This document shows positions 1-12,790 of a stretch of 64,000 nucleotides of DNA, one piece after another. Made by a program: the position numbers and the translations under genes. This DNA comes from Octopus sinensis. Taxonomy: Eukaryota. Below the pieces are notes generated by a model that did no database searches, was not told the DNA's origin, and saw only the letters and a program-made list of their open reading frames with translations. Position 1 is the stretch's first letter. Each line of letters opens with the position of its first letter. The stretch is from positions 44,330,001 through 44,394,000 of the forward strand of contig NC_043007.1 of assembly GCF_006345805.1 (NCBI RefSeq). The letters run 5' to 3'.

Positions 1-1384
1 CTTCCTTGTGGAAAATATAAGAAAACATTATTTAGTATTGGCAGGTGCTAAGTGGGTAGCTATATGATAATGAAGTGGATGGTGGGTAGGTTCTTCAGAG
101 ACATCCAGGTCTGGATGGTCCCTGATGATCACAAGGCCATCCATGAGCAGTACTCCAGTATGAGAGGAGAAGGAAAGTCAGTCAAACTTTTGGTACAGAC
201 AGAGGGCCTGTTTGATGCATGTGTTGGTGATAAGAGCCACTTGAAGCTTTTCTGTTCAGAGATGGAAAAAGCAAAGAGAGGTGAGCAGTGATAAACAGTA
301 GCAGAGATTGCAACAACAATGATAAAAAAAGAGGTTCCATAGTGAATACCATGGCTACTTCCACCTCCTTTAGTCCACAGGTTCTATCGAGACAGTAAAG
401 ACAGCCAAAGTGGACAAAATATTAATCACATCTGAAGTTCCAACAACACCAAGGGCTGACAATGAAGCATGCTACCAAGTAACTGATAGTTTAATTCTTC
501 AGTACAGGACTGGCCGGAAGCTCTTAGCAAGAGTTTAACCTTATTGTTTTGTGGTAGTGGAGAAGTGGTAGAGACTGAAAAAATAGGAATCTGTAGGAAA
601 CAAAAAAGAGAGAGAAAACAAGCCTAAATGAAAAGCAAGTAAATGGTGGGAAATCCTTCTCAAAGAAGATTTTCCACACACCTTCTCAGAATACCTGAAC
701 TGTATGGTTATAATAATCTGAAGGGGTAACCATAGACTACTTTGGTGCTAAAAGATGAGATTGGAGAGGATCTGTAACAGGGGACCACTACCCCAAAGGA
801 TCAAAGGTTGTTGATGACTATATCAGTGGGTTTTAGACAGCTAAGAGATCACAGCCAAGAGGATGTGGTATCCTTCACAGTTCAGCTAAAGCCAAAAATG
901 CTCAAGGGCACTTTTGGAGGACTCAATTGAAAGAAATTGGTCAGAATTATCTGGTGCCCTCATCCTACTTAGGTTATGGTTTCTCATCCCTTTATAGGTA
1001 AGTTGCCCTGGTTTCTTTCTGTCAACAAACTTTTATCCTGTTTCAATAATCTGTTCTGCACTTTTGCAACCTTTGCATATAATAGATGTATGTACATTGC
1101 CACAAGCTTTTTTAAAAACTTTTTTATGAAAAATTTTGTATTGTATTTATGGGCCCATGTGGCTAATAAAGAAAGTATTATTATAATCATTGTTGGTTAA
1201 TATTATTAAGCTTGATCCTCCGCCTTTCTTTGACATCTAGTTTTCCTTTACTGGGTTGTAGCAAAGGAATTGAATGTGAGCATGCACACACACACATACA
1301 CATACATGCACTGACATGCACATATCTATACAAGTGAATGTTTAAGTAGGTGTGTGTGTGCGCACACGAGCACACACACACACA

Positions 1385-1700
1385 CACAGATTCTCTCCCC
1401 CTCTCCCTCTTTCCTCCTTCCTCCCCCTCCTCCCCTTCCTTCTCCCCTCCTCTCTCTCCCCCCTCCTCTCCTCTTCCCCCCTCTCCTCCCCCTCTTCTTC
1501 CCCTCCCCTTCTCCCCCTCCCCCTCTTCTCCTCACTACACCACACGACTTTACACATCACATCATATATGATGTGCCATACTAATACATACACCAACTAA
1601 TACATACTAATACGTACTAATACATACTAATACATACTAATACATACACCAACCCTATACATACACACGTCCAGACCCCTCATACGCACTTATACTCTCT

Positions 1701-1741
<41 letters not shown>

Positions 1742-1856
1742 ACACACACACACTTATACATACTAATACGTACTAATACATACTAATACATACTAATACA
1801 TACACCAACCCCATACATACGCACGTCCAGACCAATCCTACGCACTAATACTCTCT

Positions 1857-1891
<35 letters not shown>

Positions 1892-2005
1892 ATACATACT
1901 AATACATACACCAACCCTATACATACACACGTCCAGACCCCTCCTACGCACTATTAGCTGGTCCTTCAACCCTATTATCAACCCTATTATCAACCCTATT
2001 ATCTC
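1385..2005. repeat. Composite simple/tandem repeat block (CT-rich tract, (TACATACTAA)n, (CA)n, duplicated ~60-nt unit, (ACCCTATTATCA)x3)
   Basis: Direct inspection. Confidence 0.8.
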
Positions 2006-2009
2006 CCCT

Positions 2010-2275
2010 TATTTCGCTCTCACGTCTCATGTTTGATCTTTGACCTCTGGCCGAAATCAGATCGCCATGTTGATTCGTTAGCTACTGCACGCATTTTTTT
2101 TCTCTCCTTCTTTCTGTGTTTTTTTTCTCTCTGTGTATCTTTCTGTTGAAGAGCGTAGGCTCGAAACGTTAAAGACTTGTTTTATTTATATTTCCTGAGC
2201 GCCATACTAATACAATTGTTCGTTTGTTTTCCACCTGCCTTCGTCTTTTGTCTATTTTCATAAAGCTTCCCGTTA
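2010..2275 (+). mobile_element. Penelope-type terminal (pLTR-like) repeat carrying a hammerhead-like motif
   Basis: Shares ctgttgaagagcgtaggctcgaaacgttaaagac and flanks with the copy at 61860-62070. Confidence 0.55.
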
Positions 2276-2334
2276 TATATACATACATATATATATATAC
2301 CAAAGCCTTGTGAATGGATTTGGTAGACAGAAAC

Positions 2335-2750
2335 TTTCTTTTACTTGTTTCTGTGGTCATACTGAAGCATTGCCGTACAGATGTTTTAGTCAAACAAATT
2401 AACCCCAGGACTTATTCTTTGTAAACCTAGTACTTACTCTATCGGTCTCTGTTACCAAGCTACTAAGTTACGGGGACATAAACACACCACCATTGGTTGT
2501 CAAGTGATGCCTTGCCAATACAGACACACATACATAAATACATACTCACACACACACACACGCACGCACACACACATATATATATATATATACAATGGGC
2601 TTCTTTCAGTTTCCGTCCACTAAATCCACTCACAAGGCTTTGGTCGGCCCAAGGCTATAGTGGAAGATACTTGCCCAAGGTGCCATGCTGTGGGACTGAA
2701 CATGGAACCATGTGGTTGGGAAGCAAGCTTCTTAACACACAGTCATGCCT
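2335..2750 (-). mobile_element. SINE family A (tRNA-like head ggagtggctgtgtggtaag..ggttcagtcc; internal microsatellite)
   Basis: Matches the many copies in the window. Confidence 0.8.
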
Positions 2751-2752
2751 GC

Positions 2753-2784
<32 letters not shown>

Positions 2785-3429
2785 CTTTGTGTCCTCTTCA
2801 CTACTTGACAACTGATATTGGTATGTTTATGTTCCCATAACTTGGCGGTTTGGCAAAAGAGACTGATAAAATAAGTACAAAGCTTTAAAAAATAAGTCCT
2901 GGCGTCGATTGTTCGACTAAAATCCTTCAAGATGGTGCTCCAGCATGACCGTAATCAATTGACTGAAACAAGTAAAAGAATAAAAGAATACATAGTGAAC
3001 TGTTCTATGATGGCAAGATCAACAAAAAAAAAAAGTACTCCATCTGGCATGAAATAAATAATATTTAATAAACACAATGTATGTTTATATGTGCTACTAT
3101 TAGTTCCATGTGCTGAGAGCATGACAGACAGTATTTTTTAACATGTCTGGTGTTCTAGCACAATCATCAGGCACTGCTCACATGGCATAACGAATTAAAA
3201 CTAGGATGATAGGGTGAGAGAAAAGGCAAGAAAGAAGTAGATAAGGTGGAAGGTTGAAAAACCAGAAAATGAAAAAGAAACAAAAGAAGCAAAAGGGGGA
3301 AGTAGACTTATTTCTCCTTGGACCATAAAATATAAGGCCAAAAAGATAGTGGCTTAGAATCTGTGGTACAGTTGTTCAATCTGGAGTGGGTGGCACTTTC
3401 CAATTTGCAAATAGGAATCTAGTCATATG

Positions 3430-3730
3430 TCTACAACTGCTGAAAACTATAACCTGAGTATAGTTTTTAAAAACTATAACCTGAGTATTTCATTCAAAAT
3501 TGACACTAAGGTGGCCAATTTCTTAGATCTTACTCTGGTCTTAAATACAAATCTATATTACCCAACCAATCTTCACAACATATCAATGTCCTATCAAACC
3601 ACCCTCAACTTACTCCTAATAGTGTAATCACAGGCTTATCTATCAGAATCTCCAACTTATCTGCAAATGAAGAAATTTTTAACAGTCATGCCCTGTATTA
3701 TGATTAGGCCCTCCAAATAAATGGCCATTG
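3430..3730 (+). mobile_element. Penelope-like element fragment (RT C-terminal/thumb)
   Basis: ANFLDLTL, then in a shifted frame INVLSNHP..GLSIRISNLSANEEIFN..YYD*AL..NG; internal 19-nt direct repeat AAAACTATAACCTGAGTAT. Confidence 0.75.
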
Positions 3731-4539
3731 CCAGTGTCATATAAATGGCACCTGTGAAAGCAGAGTCATTGTTGGTTTCATGCATATGGCACCCATGCCA
3801 GTGGCATGTAAAATGCATTCATTGCACTCTTGGTTGGCATTAGGAAGGGCATCCAACTGTAGAAGCCAAGCCAAATCAGACTGAAACCTTGTGCAGCTTT
3901 CCGGCTTACCAGTTTCAGTTAAACCATCTAACCCATGCCAGCATTGAAAATGGGCATTAAATGATGATGATGAATTGTGTATGAGCAAAGTTGGCCTGGT
4001 GACAGGGTGGTTACACCATAGTACCAGCAGCCATAATCACTTCACTCTTAGAAGGCCTGCAAAGTCACTTCACTCTTGGAAGGCCTGTCTCTTCAGCACT
4101 GACCATCTGCTAAGATAATGGGAAGAAGCTCAATCAAAGAGGAAGAGGTCAGGGGTGCTTCAATGACCCTGATGGGTTACATGACACTCTGCCAAAGAAA
4201 GAATCCATCAAATCAGCCAAGCTCATTTCCAATGTTCATTTCCATTTATGGTAATAGACTAAATGTGTGTCAATGAGATAAATACATGTCTTCTGCTTTG
4301 ATTAGCTATTCCATCATGGTGGAATGGATGGACGATGAACAGACAAATGAATGGATGAATGGACGAATGAAAAGATGGATGAATCCTGGTTAGTAGTAAA
4401 ATTGTCAATCAATACATCATCTTTGCCACCCTCCTTCTTCCCCTTTTATTTCTCTTACTACTTATCCTCCTACATCTCATGGCTACTACTAGCCTCCTCT
4501 CCCCTCCTCTTCCTCCTCATCATTGTCATCCTTGTTGTC

Positions 4540-4592
4540 ATCATCAGTGTCATTGTCGTCATTATCGTCGTCACCCTCGCCATCATCATCCC

Positions 4593-4634
<42 letters not shown>

Positions 4635-5960
4635 GTCCCTCAAATCTCCCCAACCACTTTAAAAAAGAACACATTGGATAACATGGTTTGGTTACATTGC
4701 ACATTGGACAAAGTTGAGAAAGTCATGGCTGGAATGCATTTGATCATCGTTCTGCTTGATCAGGGCTGATTTGAGAATTCAAGAACATCAACAAAAACTA
4801 TTACAACCACCACCACCACCACCAAAACTACCATTGTCATCACAGTCATCATCATCATCATCATCATCATCACTGTCACCACTGTTACTGCAGTAGTTGT
4901 AACAGTGGTGATGGTGGCAGTGACTGGGGTGGAGATAGTTGCACTAGGAGTGCAACTAGTGCACTAATGGTGGTCATATAGTGATATTTGTGTTGATGGT
5001 TGTGGAAGTGAGGATGATAGTGGTAAGGATGAAAAATAGTTCTGCTTATCATTAGAAAATGGTGGCTTCATACTAACAGAGAAACTCAATCATTGTTCAC
5101 TTAGATTTTATGCTGTGTGTGTGACTGTATATATGTAATTATGTATGTGTGGCCATGTGTCTGTGTATGTGTGTTGTATGTCTGTAAGTATGTGGTCAAT
5201 ATTTTAATTTGTTTTTGCTTTACAACAAATGTTGGCTATCTAGGAGTTCTTTGTTCTTTTGTCAAATGGGACTGTGTGAATATATAAATGCATGCATGTG
5301 TGTGTATGTGTGTATGTATGTGCCTCTGTGTGTGTGTGTTACTTTGTACATGCTTGCCTACATACTTGTGTGTTGTGTATGTGTGTGTATATTTTTGGTG
5401 TGGTTGTGTGTGTATATGTTACATATATGTATGTCTATGCCACAATGAAGTAACAATGTATTTTCCAAATTGCAACTTGATTAAAATGATGATGATGATG
5501 ATTGATAATGACGACGACGATGATGATGATGATAATGATGATGATGATGATTGGGGGAGGAGGAGGAGGAGGAAATGGATGGCGATGACAATGATATTGA
5601 TGGCCAATTCCAGAGATGATAACAACAAAGATGACAATGATGATGGTAATTCTAATTTTGGTGCAAGGCCAGCCATTTTGAGGGGAAGGGTATGACAATT
5701 ACATTGGAACCCCCCCCCCACCTCAGTGCTCTAAGGCTGCTTATTTCTAAAACAACAAAAGAATGAAAGGCAAAGTCCACCTTACATTTGAACTCTGAAT
5801 TTAAAGAACCAGTGGAAATGCTACTAAGCATTATGTCTGGCTCTGTAATGATTCTGTTAGCTCACCACCTTGACAACAATGACAATAATGACAGCAACAG
5901 AGTTGACAAATGATGATGATGACGATGTGGACGACAACAACAAAGAGGAGGAGGATGATT
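4540..5960. repeat. (CAT)n/(CAC)n, (TG)n-like and (GAT)n/(GAG)n microsatellite zone
   Basis: Direct inspection; source of the poly-H/D/I ORFs. Confidence 0.9.
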
Positions 5961-6374
5961 AACATCATAGATTATTTATACAGCCACAATCATTCCAGTG
6001 ATTACTGTTACCACCATTGACGACAACAATGACAACAACTACAATAAAGTATGACAATTTTCAGGGTCCCAGTAAAGTTCCTGCCCAAGGGCTAAAGCCA
6101 GTAGAAGCAATAAAATTAATTGCACTTCAAATTGTTGGGTTGACAACCACAATAACTATAAAAACAACAGCAATAGCAACACTAACGAAGATTGATTATT
6201 TATTCATGTGTGTTTGCTGTGAAGTGATCAAGTGTAGCTTCTCACGATGAGAAGTAATCATCATTTGAGTGATCTGTCCTTACTGACTTTGAAGTCCCAC
6301 AGTATCCAATCTCTTTCTTTTCTGGCTGTCTCCCATGCAGGAGAAATTAGACTTTGCTATAAGCATCAGCAGGG

Positions 6375-8330
6375 TTCTTATTTCTTTATTGTCCACAAGG
6401 GGCTAAACATAGAGGGGACAAACAAGGATAGACAAATGGATTAAGTCGATTATATTGATCCCAGTGCGTAACTGGTACTTAGTTTATCGACCCCCGAAAG
6501 GATGAAAGGCAAAGTCGACCTCAGTGGAATTTGAACTCAGAACATAAAGACGGATGAAATACCGCTAAGCATTTCACCTGGTGTGCTAACAATTCTGCCA
6601 GCTCACCGCCTTTTTGCAGGGTTCTAATAACTTGCAGTGCTGAGTTAAAGTTTCTTATTGGGGTGAGTGTTTATGAAGATTAATAACAAATTATGAATAT
6701 TCTTCTCTACTCTAGGCACAAGGCCGAAAATTTTTGGGAAGGGGGCCAGTCGATTAGATCGACCCCAGTATGCAACTGGTACTTAATTTATTGACCCTGA
6801 AAGGATGAAAGGCAAAGTCAACCTTGATGTAATTTGAACTCAAAACGTAAAGACATGAAATACCGTTAAGCATTTCACCTGGCATGCTAATGTTTCTGCC
6901 AGCTCGCTGCCACAAATTATGAATATTGCCATTCTCATGGCTGATCAGGGTGGACATTTTACTTGTAGATGACATGACCATGCAACAATTTGTGCCAAAC
7001 AATATGTCACCAGTAACACACATGAATGGGTTGAGAGAGGAGTGTTGGTGGTTAAATTCCTATGTTTAATAAAACTGAAATGGTTTTAAAACATTAAAAA
7101 AACTTGCACATCACCAATGTTAAGAAAAATTACTCTTTCGGAAACAAAAATCTTTTTATCTTCTCATTAATAAAGAAAGAGTAGGAAGTGGCAAATATAT
7201 TTTGCTAAAATGTTTTGTGGTGGGTGGCATTGATTACTGTTTAGAGCACTGAACAGGATTAGATCTGGTAGTATGAGTAAGTCTTCACTGATGAGATCTA
7301 ATAAGACTGAAACTTGCCTGGAGTTATCACCAAACTGCTAATGATCAGACTTGCACCCCCACCTCTGCATTCCAGATCATAGGCTTGGTTCTCAAGAATC
7401 TTATCTCTTCTGTTTCTCATCATTTGTATTGATTGCTAATTAATTTGCTAATTAGGTAGAAGTTTGGGTTAACTAAATCAACTAATTACTTATCAACATC
7501 AAAGTGATTGAAAAATACAGTTAATAGTGATGAATTCCCAAAACATCTGGTCTAATGATGCCAATCTACTGCCCCAATAAAATAATAATAATACTTCTTT
7601 CTAATTTTTCCACAAAGCCAGCAATTTTGAGTGGAGAGGAAGCCAATTACATTGACCTCAGTATGGAACTGGTATTTTATTGACCCCTAAAGGATGAAAG
7701 CAAAGTCACCTAGTGCAAAATTTGAACTTAGGATGTAAAAAAACAGAAGAAATACTGCTAAGCAGTAACAATTCTGCCAGCTAATAATAATTCTTTCTTA
7801 TATAGGTACAAGATCTGAAATTTTGGGGATGTAGGCTAGTCAATTACATTGAACCAAGTGCTCAACTGGTACTTAATCTATTGACCTTGAAAGAGTAAAA
7901 GGCAAAATTGATCTTGGCATCATTTGAACTTGAAATTTAAAGATGGATGAAATGCTAAAATTTGAAATCAATAATAATGATGAAATTTTCTAAGATAGGG
8001 ACAAGGCAAAATATTTGGGTAGGTGGGGAGGTTAGTTGATTAAATCAACCCCAGTGCATGACTGGTACTTTATTTTACCAACCCCAGAAGAATGACTGAC
8101 AAAGCTGATAATAATGATTTAAAATTTTAGCAAAAGCCAGCAATTTCAGGGTAGGAGATAAGTTGAATACATCAATCCCAGTGCTTAAGTGGTATTTATT
8201 TTATTGACCTTAAAAGGATGTATGGCAAAGTCAACCTCAGTGGAATTTGAATTCAAAATGTAAATTCAGAAGAAATACTGCTAAGTATTTTTCCCCATGC
8301 AGTATGGATTCTGTCATCCTGTTGCCTTTA
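6375..8330 (-). mobile_element. Cluster of ~6 co-oriented SINE family B copies (core ..ggtcgactttgcctttcatcctttcggggtcgataaa..agtaccag, resembling Deu/Nin-type cores)
   Basis: Repeated aaggatgaaaggcaaagtc..gaatttgaactcag..ctaagcattt..tctgccagctc blocks at ~6375, 6700, 7595, 7800, 7985, 8120. Confidence 0.75.
7283..7323 (+). ncRNA. Degenerate minimal hammerhead ribozyme (type I, Penelope-associated)
   Basis: cttca-CTGATGA-gatct aata agact-GAAAC-ttgcc-tggag; stem I cttca/tggag; related copy at 21095-21135 retains GAAACATGTC. Confidence 0.45.
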
Positions 8331-8873
8331 CAAAGCTGATAATGATAAAGACCAATAAAATTCTTGATTAAAAACTGCAATAATTGTAATAGAATTAAAT
8401 CATGATTTCTTTGTATTATTCTTGTTATGGGATTTCTTTCTGTAATCTAAATAAACAATGCAAGACATTCTATTAACTGCCATATATAGAATATGGAGTG
8501 AATCAAGGCAAACATTTGAGCAGAAAGAAGACTCAGAATTCAATAAGTAACAAGAAAGCTTCAATGACAGGATATTAGGCATCAGCTCCTCCACAAAAAA
8601 ATGATCCTTATAAGCAACAGAAAGAATTAATCCAAATAGGTTTAAGCATGTTGTTGTTGAGAAGTTTGCTTCCTAACCATATAGTTTTGGGTTCAGTCCT
8701 GAGGTGTGGTATCTTGGGCAAGTGCCTTCAACTATAGCATGAGGCCAGTCAAAGCCTTGTGAGTAGACAGATGCAACTTTGCAATATTGGATACTGACCG
8801 TTGTGGTTAGTGGGCATCTGGAACCTAACTGAGAGCTAACACAGTATCCAGGCAGATAATATATCCCACCAGA

Positions 8874-8927
<54 letters not shown>

Positions 8928-9559
8928 ATGCATGCACGTGTGTGTATGTGAGTGTTTGTGTCCTCTTGTCTTGATATCACAAGTTGTTATTGAGTGTCAC
9001 CACCATACAAGCAGTGTTTCCAAGGAAACATGTCCAGCTGTTGGGGAAATACCACATTACGTAGAAACAAGTGGGGGTTGGCAATAGGAAGGGGCATTCA
9101 GATGCAGAAGATCTGCCTTTTGATGAATTCTGTTTGATCCATGCAAGCATTGAAAAGTGGATGTAAAAATGACAACAACAAAACAATCCAAACATCTCTG
9201 AATGAATGTAAAATTTTTCTTGTCAGAAAACAGAAAGAAATATTGAAGATAGCAAGTAATATCTTTAACCAAGAAAAAACATAAAAATAACCTCAGTCAT
9301 ATTATTAGTCATACTTTATCACACAGCATGTGACAATGTATCATGTGGTTTATAAACCACATATTCTAGCTGTGAATATTGTCTTCATTGAAAACCAAAC
9401 TGAAAGACCTTATGTAACTAGGAACAAAATCCTTTTTAGGAATGTTTGACAGATTCCCTACGTACTGATGTCACATATTCTTTGATTTGGAATGTAAATG
9501 CTGTATAAATATTATTATATACAGAATGTTCTATTGTTTTAATAGTAACAATAATAATT

Positions 9560-10697
9560 ATCATCATCATCATTTAATGCATGCTTTTCATGCTGGCATG
9601 GGTTGGACAGTTTGACTGAGGACTGGCAAGCCAGGAGGTTGCACCAGGCTCCAATCTGTTCTGGCAAGGTTTCTACAGCTGATTGCCCTTCCTAATGCCA
9701 ACCACTCCAAGAGTGTAATGGGTACTTTTTATGTGCCATCGGCATGGAGGCCAGTCAGGCGGCACTGGCATCGACCACGCTCAAATGGTGCTTTTTATGT
9801 GTCACCAGAACAGGTGCCAATCAGGCAGCACTGGCATTGACCATGACACTGATTTTATTTGACTGAACAGGTTTTCTCAAGCACAGCATATTGCCTGACA
9901 ATCTAAGGGTACTTTTAAACAGGCTGGTTATGCTACACTGGCATTGGCCATGTTTCACAGATGTGTAGCATGGCTGTTCACACATATGCATCACATAGTC
10001 TACCTTTCACTCTGAATGAGCAGCCATTTGTTACCAGCAGTGGTAGGAGCTCTCTGAACTTTGCCCAGGCTATTCTTATTCTAGCAGTTATGCTCTCAGA
10101 GGATCCACCCCCTGCTACTGACTTGGTCACCTAGGTAATGAAAGCTATCAACGGCTTCTAGTTTTACCCTCTGGCATGTGATGGAATCTGTTTTCTGTAC
10201 CTCTTCAGTGTTTATTGCCCCTGTGCATCTTCCACACATAAAAAATAATCTTCCCAGTTAACCTTCCTTTGATATTGCTGCACCTCTTATGTGTTCATAG
10301 TTTACACTGGGTACATCTTATGGAGTTTCTACCTACACCTTGTCTACAGATCAAGCAGGGCCATCAACCTGAAGGGATTTGTGATTTGTCTGCCTTCCTA
10401 CTTACTAAGACTTTGGTTTTTGTTAGATTGACTCTAAGGCTCTAAGGCTCCTCGATTCTAATCCTTGCTTCCACACCTGAAACTTCTCTAGTTCTGGTAG
10501 TGACTCAGCTATTAGAACAAGGTCATCAGCATAGAGGAGCTCCCAGGGGCAGTCTGTCTTGAATTCCTTTGTTATTGCCTGGAGGACTATGATAAGAGGG
10601 GGCTGAGGATTGATCCTTGATGAACCCCTATGACACTCATTGCCAACCCTCACCTTATTGACAGTATCCCTGTACATGGCTTATACAGCTTGTAGTC
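9560..10697 (-). mobile_element. RTE-clade LINE, internally deleted third copy
   Basis: ORF 10423..10677 (CPWELLYADDLVLIAESL) plus shared 3' UTR and (CAT)n tail. Confidence 0.85.
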
Positions 10698-11161
10698 CTA
10701 AATATACTGTTTCTGTAAAAAAGCACAAAAATAGGTAATGAGGCTGGAGTATCTTTTATTATAAATCTGCTTGATCAGGTCTTACCTGGGACTAAGCAAC
10801 ATAACCTCCAGTTGGCTTGGCCAAAACAAACTTTACTACTTATATCCTTCTCCATCATAAGTATGGAAATGAAATTTGCTTAGTTGGTGCAAACCCAGTT
10901 TTTCAGGAGGATGTTCAAAACATATTCATTGCCCTACCAAACTTTTAGGGGTGAGTTTGCACCTGCTGCACCCCCTGTTCTTAAGTCTATTCCCTCCGTG
11001 TCACTTGAGAGAGCACCCCAAATCACCTTCTTCATCTCTCTCTCTCTCTCTTTGTTTCCTCTTCTTTCTCTGTCTCTTTGTCTCCTTTTCTCTCTCTCTC
11101 TCTTTCTTTGTCTCATCTCACTCTCTTTGAATGTGTATATATATATGTATATATGTGTATG

Positions 11162-11211
<50 letters not shown>

Positions 11212-11282
11212 AAATAAATTATGAGTAACAATTTAAGTACCTAATTCAATGGAATCTTAATTATATCTATCTATCTCTATCA

Positions 11283-11332
<50 letters not shown>

Positions 11333-11889
11333 GTTTTTAGCATATATATATATAAATGTATATGCATGCACAATTTTAGCAGAAAAGCATAAATTTCACA
11401 TATTGTGCTTAACAGCTGCTTCTAATGAAGCATTAAAGGTATAATTTCATATTAATTAATCTAATTTAAACTGAATTCTCTTTATGCCCTTATGGTTAGG
11501 ATGTTGCACTCACAATCACAAGGTTGTGGTTTTGATTCCCAGACCAGGAGGCGTGTTGTGTTATTGAGCAAAACACTTCAATTCACATTGCTCTATGATC
11601 ATTTCAACATCTGGCGCATGCCACACCTGTGCACCTGTATAAGCAATATTTGTTTGATGGAAGAATGAGTTTATGCAAACACAGGTATCCGATCACAATA
11701 AACAAAGCTTAATATATACACACACATACTTACATGCGCACACACACAAGTAATGTATACTGATGCATCTTTAATATCATCTTCAGGTCATATCAACATG
11801 TACATGCATGATTTGTTGATGTCCAAATTGTGAGAAGGAATTTTACTATTATCCATACACACACACACACTCCATCTGTGCATATTACT

Positions 11890-12600
11890 CAGGATAGTTC
11901 TCTCTTTCTCTCTTTTTTATATACACAGCAGACACCTGTTTTTCTTCCCCCCATTCTTCTATTTCCCATCTAACTTTTCTATTTCTCTTTCTTCATTCGT
12001 TTTCTCCTCTTATCATTTTACACACTTCCTCCGTATGTTCAGTACACTTCTCACTCTAGCTTCTTTTTTTCTTTTTACTATCTACCCTCCTTTTCTCTCT
12101 CCTCTATTTAACTCACTCAGTTTCCTCCTCTCTCCTTTTACTCTTTGCATCCCTTCTTTCTTCTATCTATCAATTTTCTCTCACACTCTCTATTTTACTA
12201 ACTTTTCACCTCTTCATCTTCTCCCCCTTTCTTTTTAATTGCTCTCACCTTTCCTAAACTTTTTAATTTCCCTTTCCCTCTCCTCCTTGTGCCCTCCCTA
12301 TCTCTCTCTCTGTATCACTCTATCCTTCTTTATCTTTCTTTTTTTTTATATCAGCAGTCAAACTGTCTTCTCTTCCTTTTCCTCTTTCTGTCAGTCAGTT
12401 CTCTTTCTTCTTTTTTTCTTTCACCCAATCGGTCATTTTCTTTCTTTCTTTCTCTTATTATTATGTATTTTCTTTTCTGTTTCTTCTCTTTCTCCTTATT
12501 CACCTTTCTTTTATGTTTTCTCACTCATCCCTCCGTACTTTTGCTATCTTTCTATTCCTCCTTCCCATCTCACAACTTTTCCCTTCTCGAAACCAATCTT
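11890..12600. repeat. ~700-nt polypyrimidine (C/T) tract
   Basis: Almost G-free + strand; a similar tract lies at ~21960-22400. Confidence 0.85.
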
Positions 12601-12790
12601 TCAGTAGTCTAAATACGCAGTCAGAGTCGGACGCATTAAATTACTGGTATTAACAACCAGGTACGTATTAAATCAACTTCACCGTGAAGAAAGGGACATA
12701 TGTTGCTTTCAACGAAGAGTATTAATTCAGATGTATTCCATTTTCTATCAATAGTTTATTTTAACGAAATCCAAGAGCAAGTTTACCGAG
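12601..12790 (+). promoter_or_regulatory. Candidate TSS / non-coding first exon
   Basis: Inr-like TCAGT at 12601; GGACG at 12629-12633 (one base off DPE spacing); two strong donors CAG|GTACGT (12661) and GAG|GTAAGA (12791); start of a locally CpG-richer zone (~12600-14600). Confidence 0.3.

Noticed and set aside
1-970. Possible decayed retroelement or exon fragments
   Set aside because: Short ORFs with no diagnostic motif in any frame, so they cannot be classified.
8400-8607. Possible minus-strand terminal exon (DHFFVEELMPNILSLKLSCYLL...KKS*) after a pyrimidine-rich AG
   Set aside because: No recognisable homology, and no compatible upstream exon could be joined.
10862-10950. AG...GTGAGT-bounded + strand segment reading YGNEICLVGANPVFQEDVQNIFIALPNF*
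   Set aside because: Contains a stop before the donor and has no partner exons or known motif.
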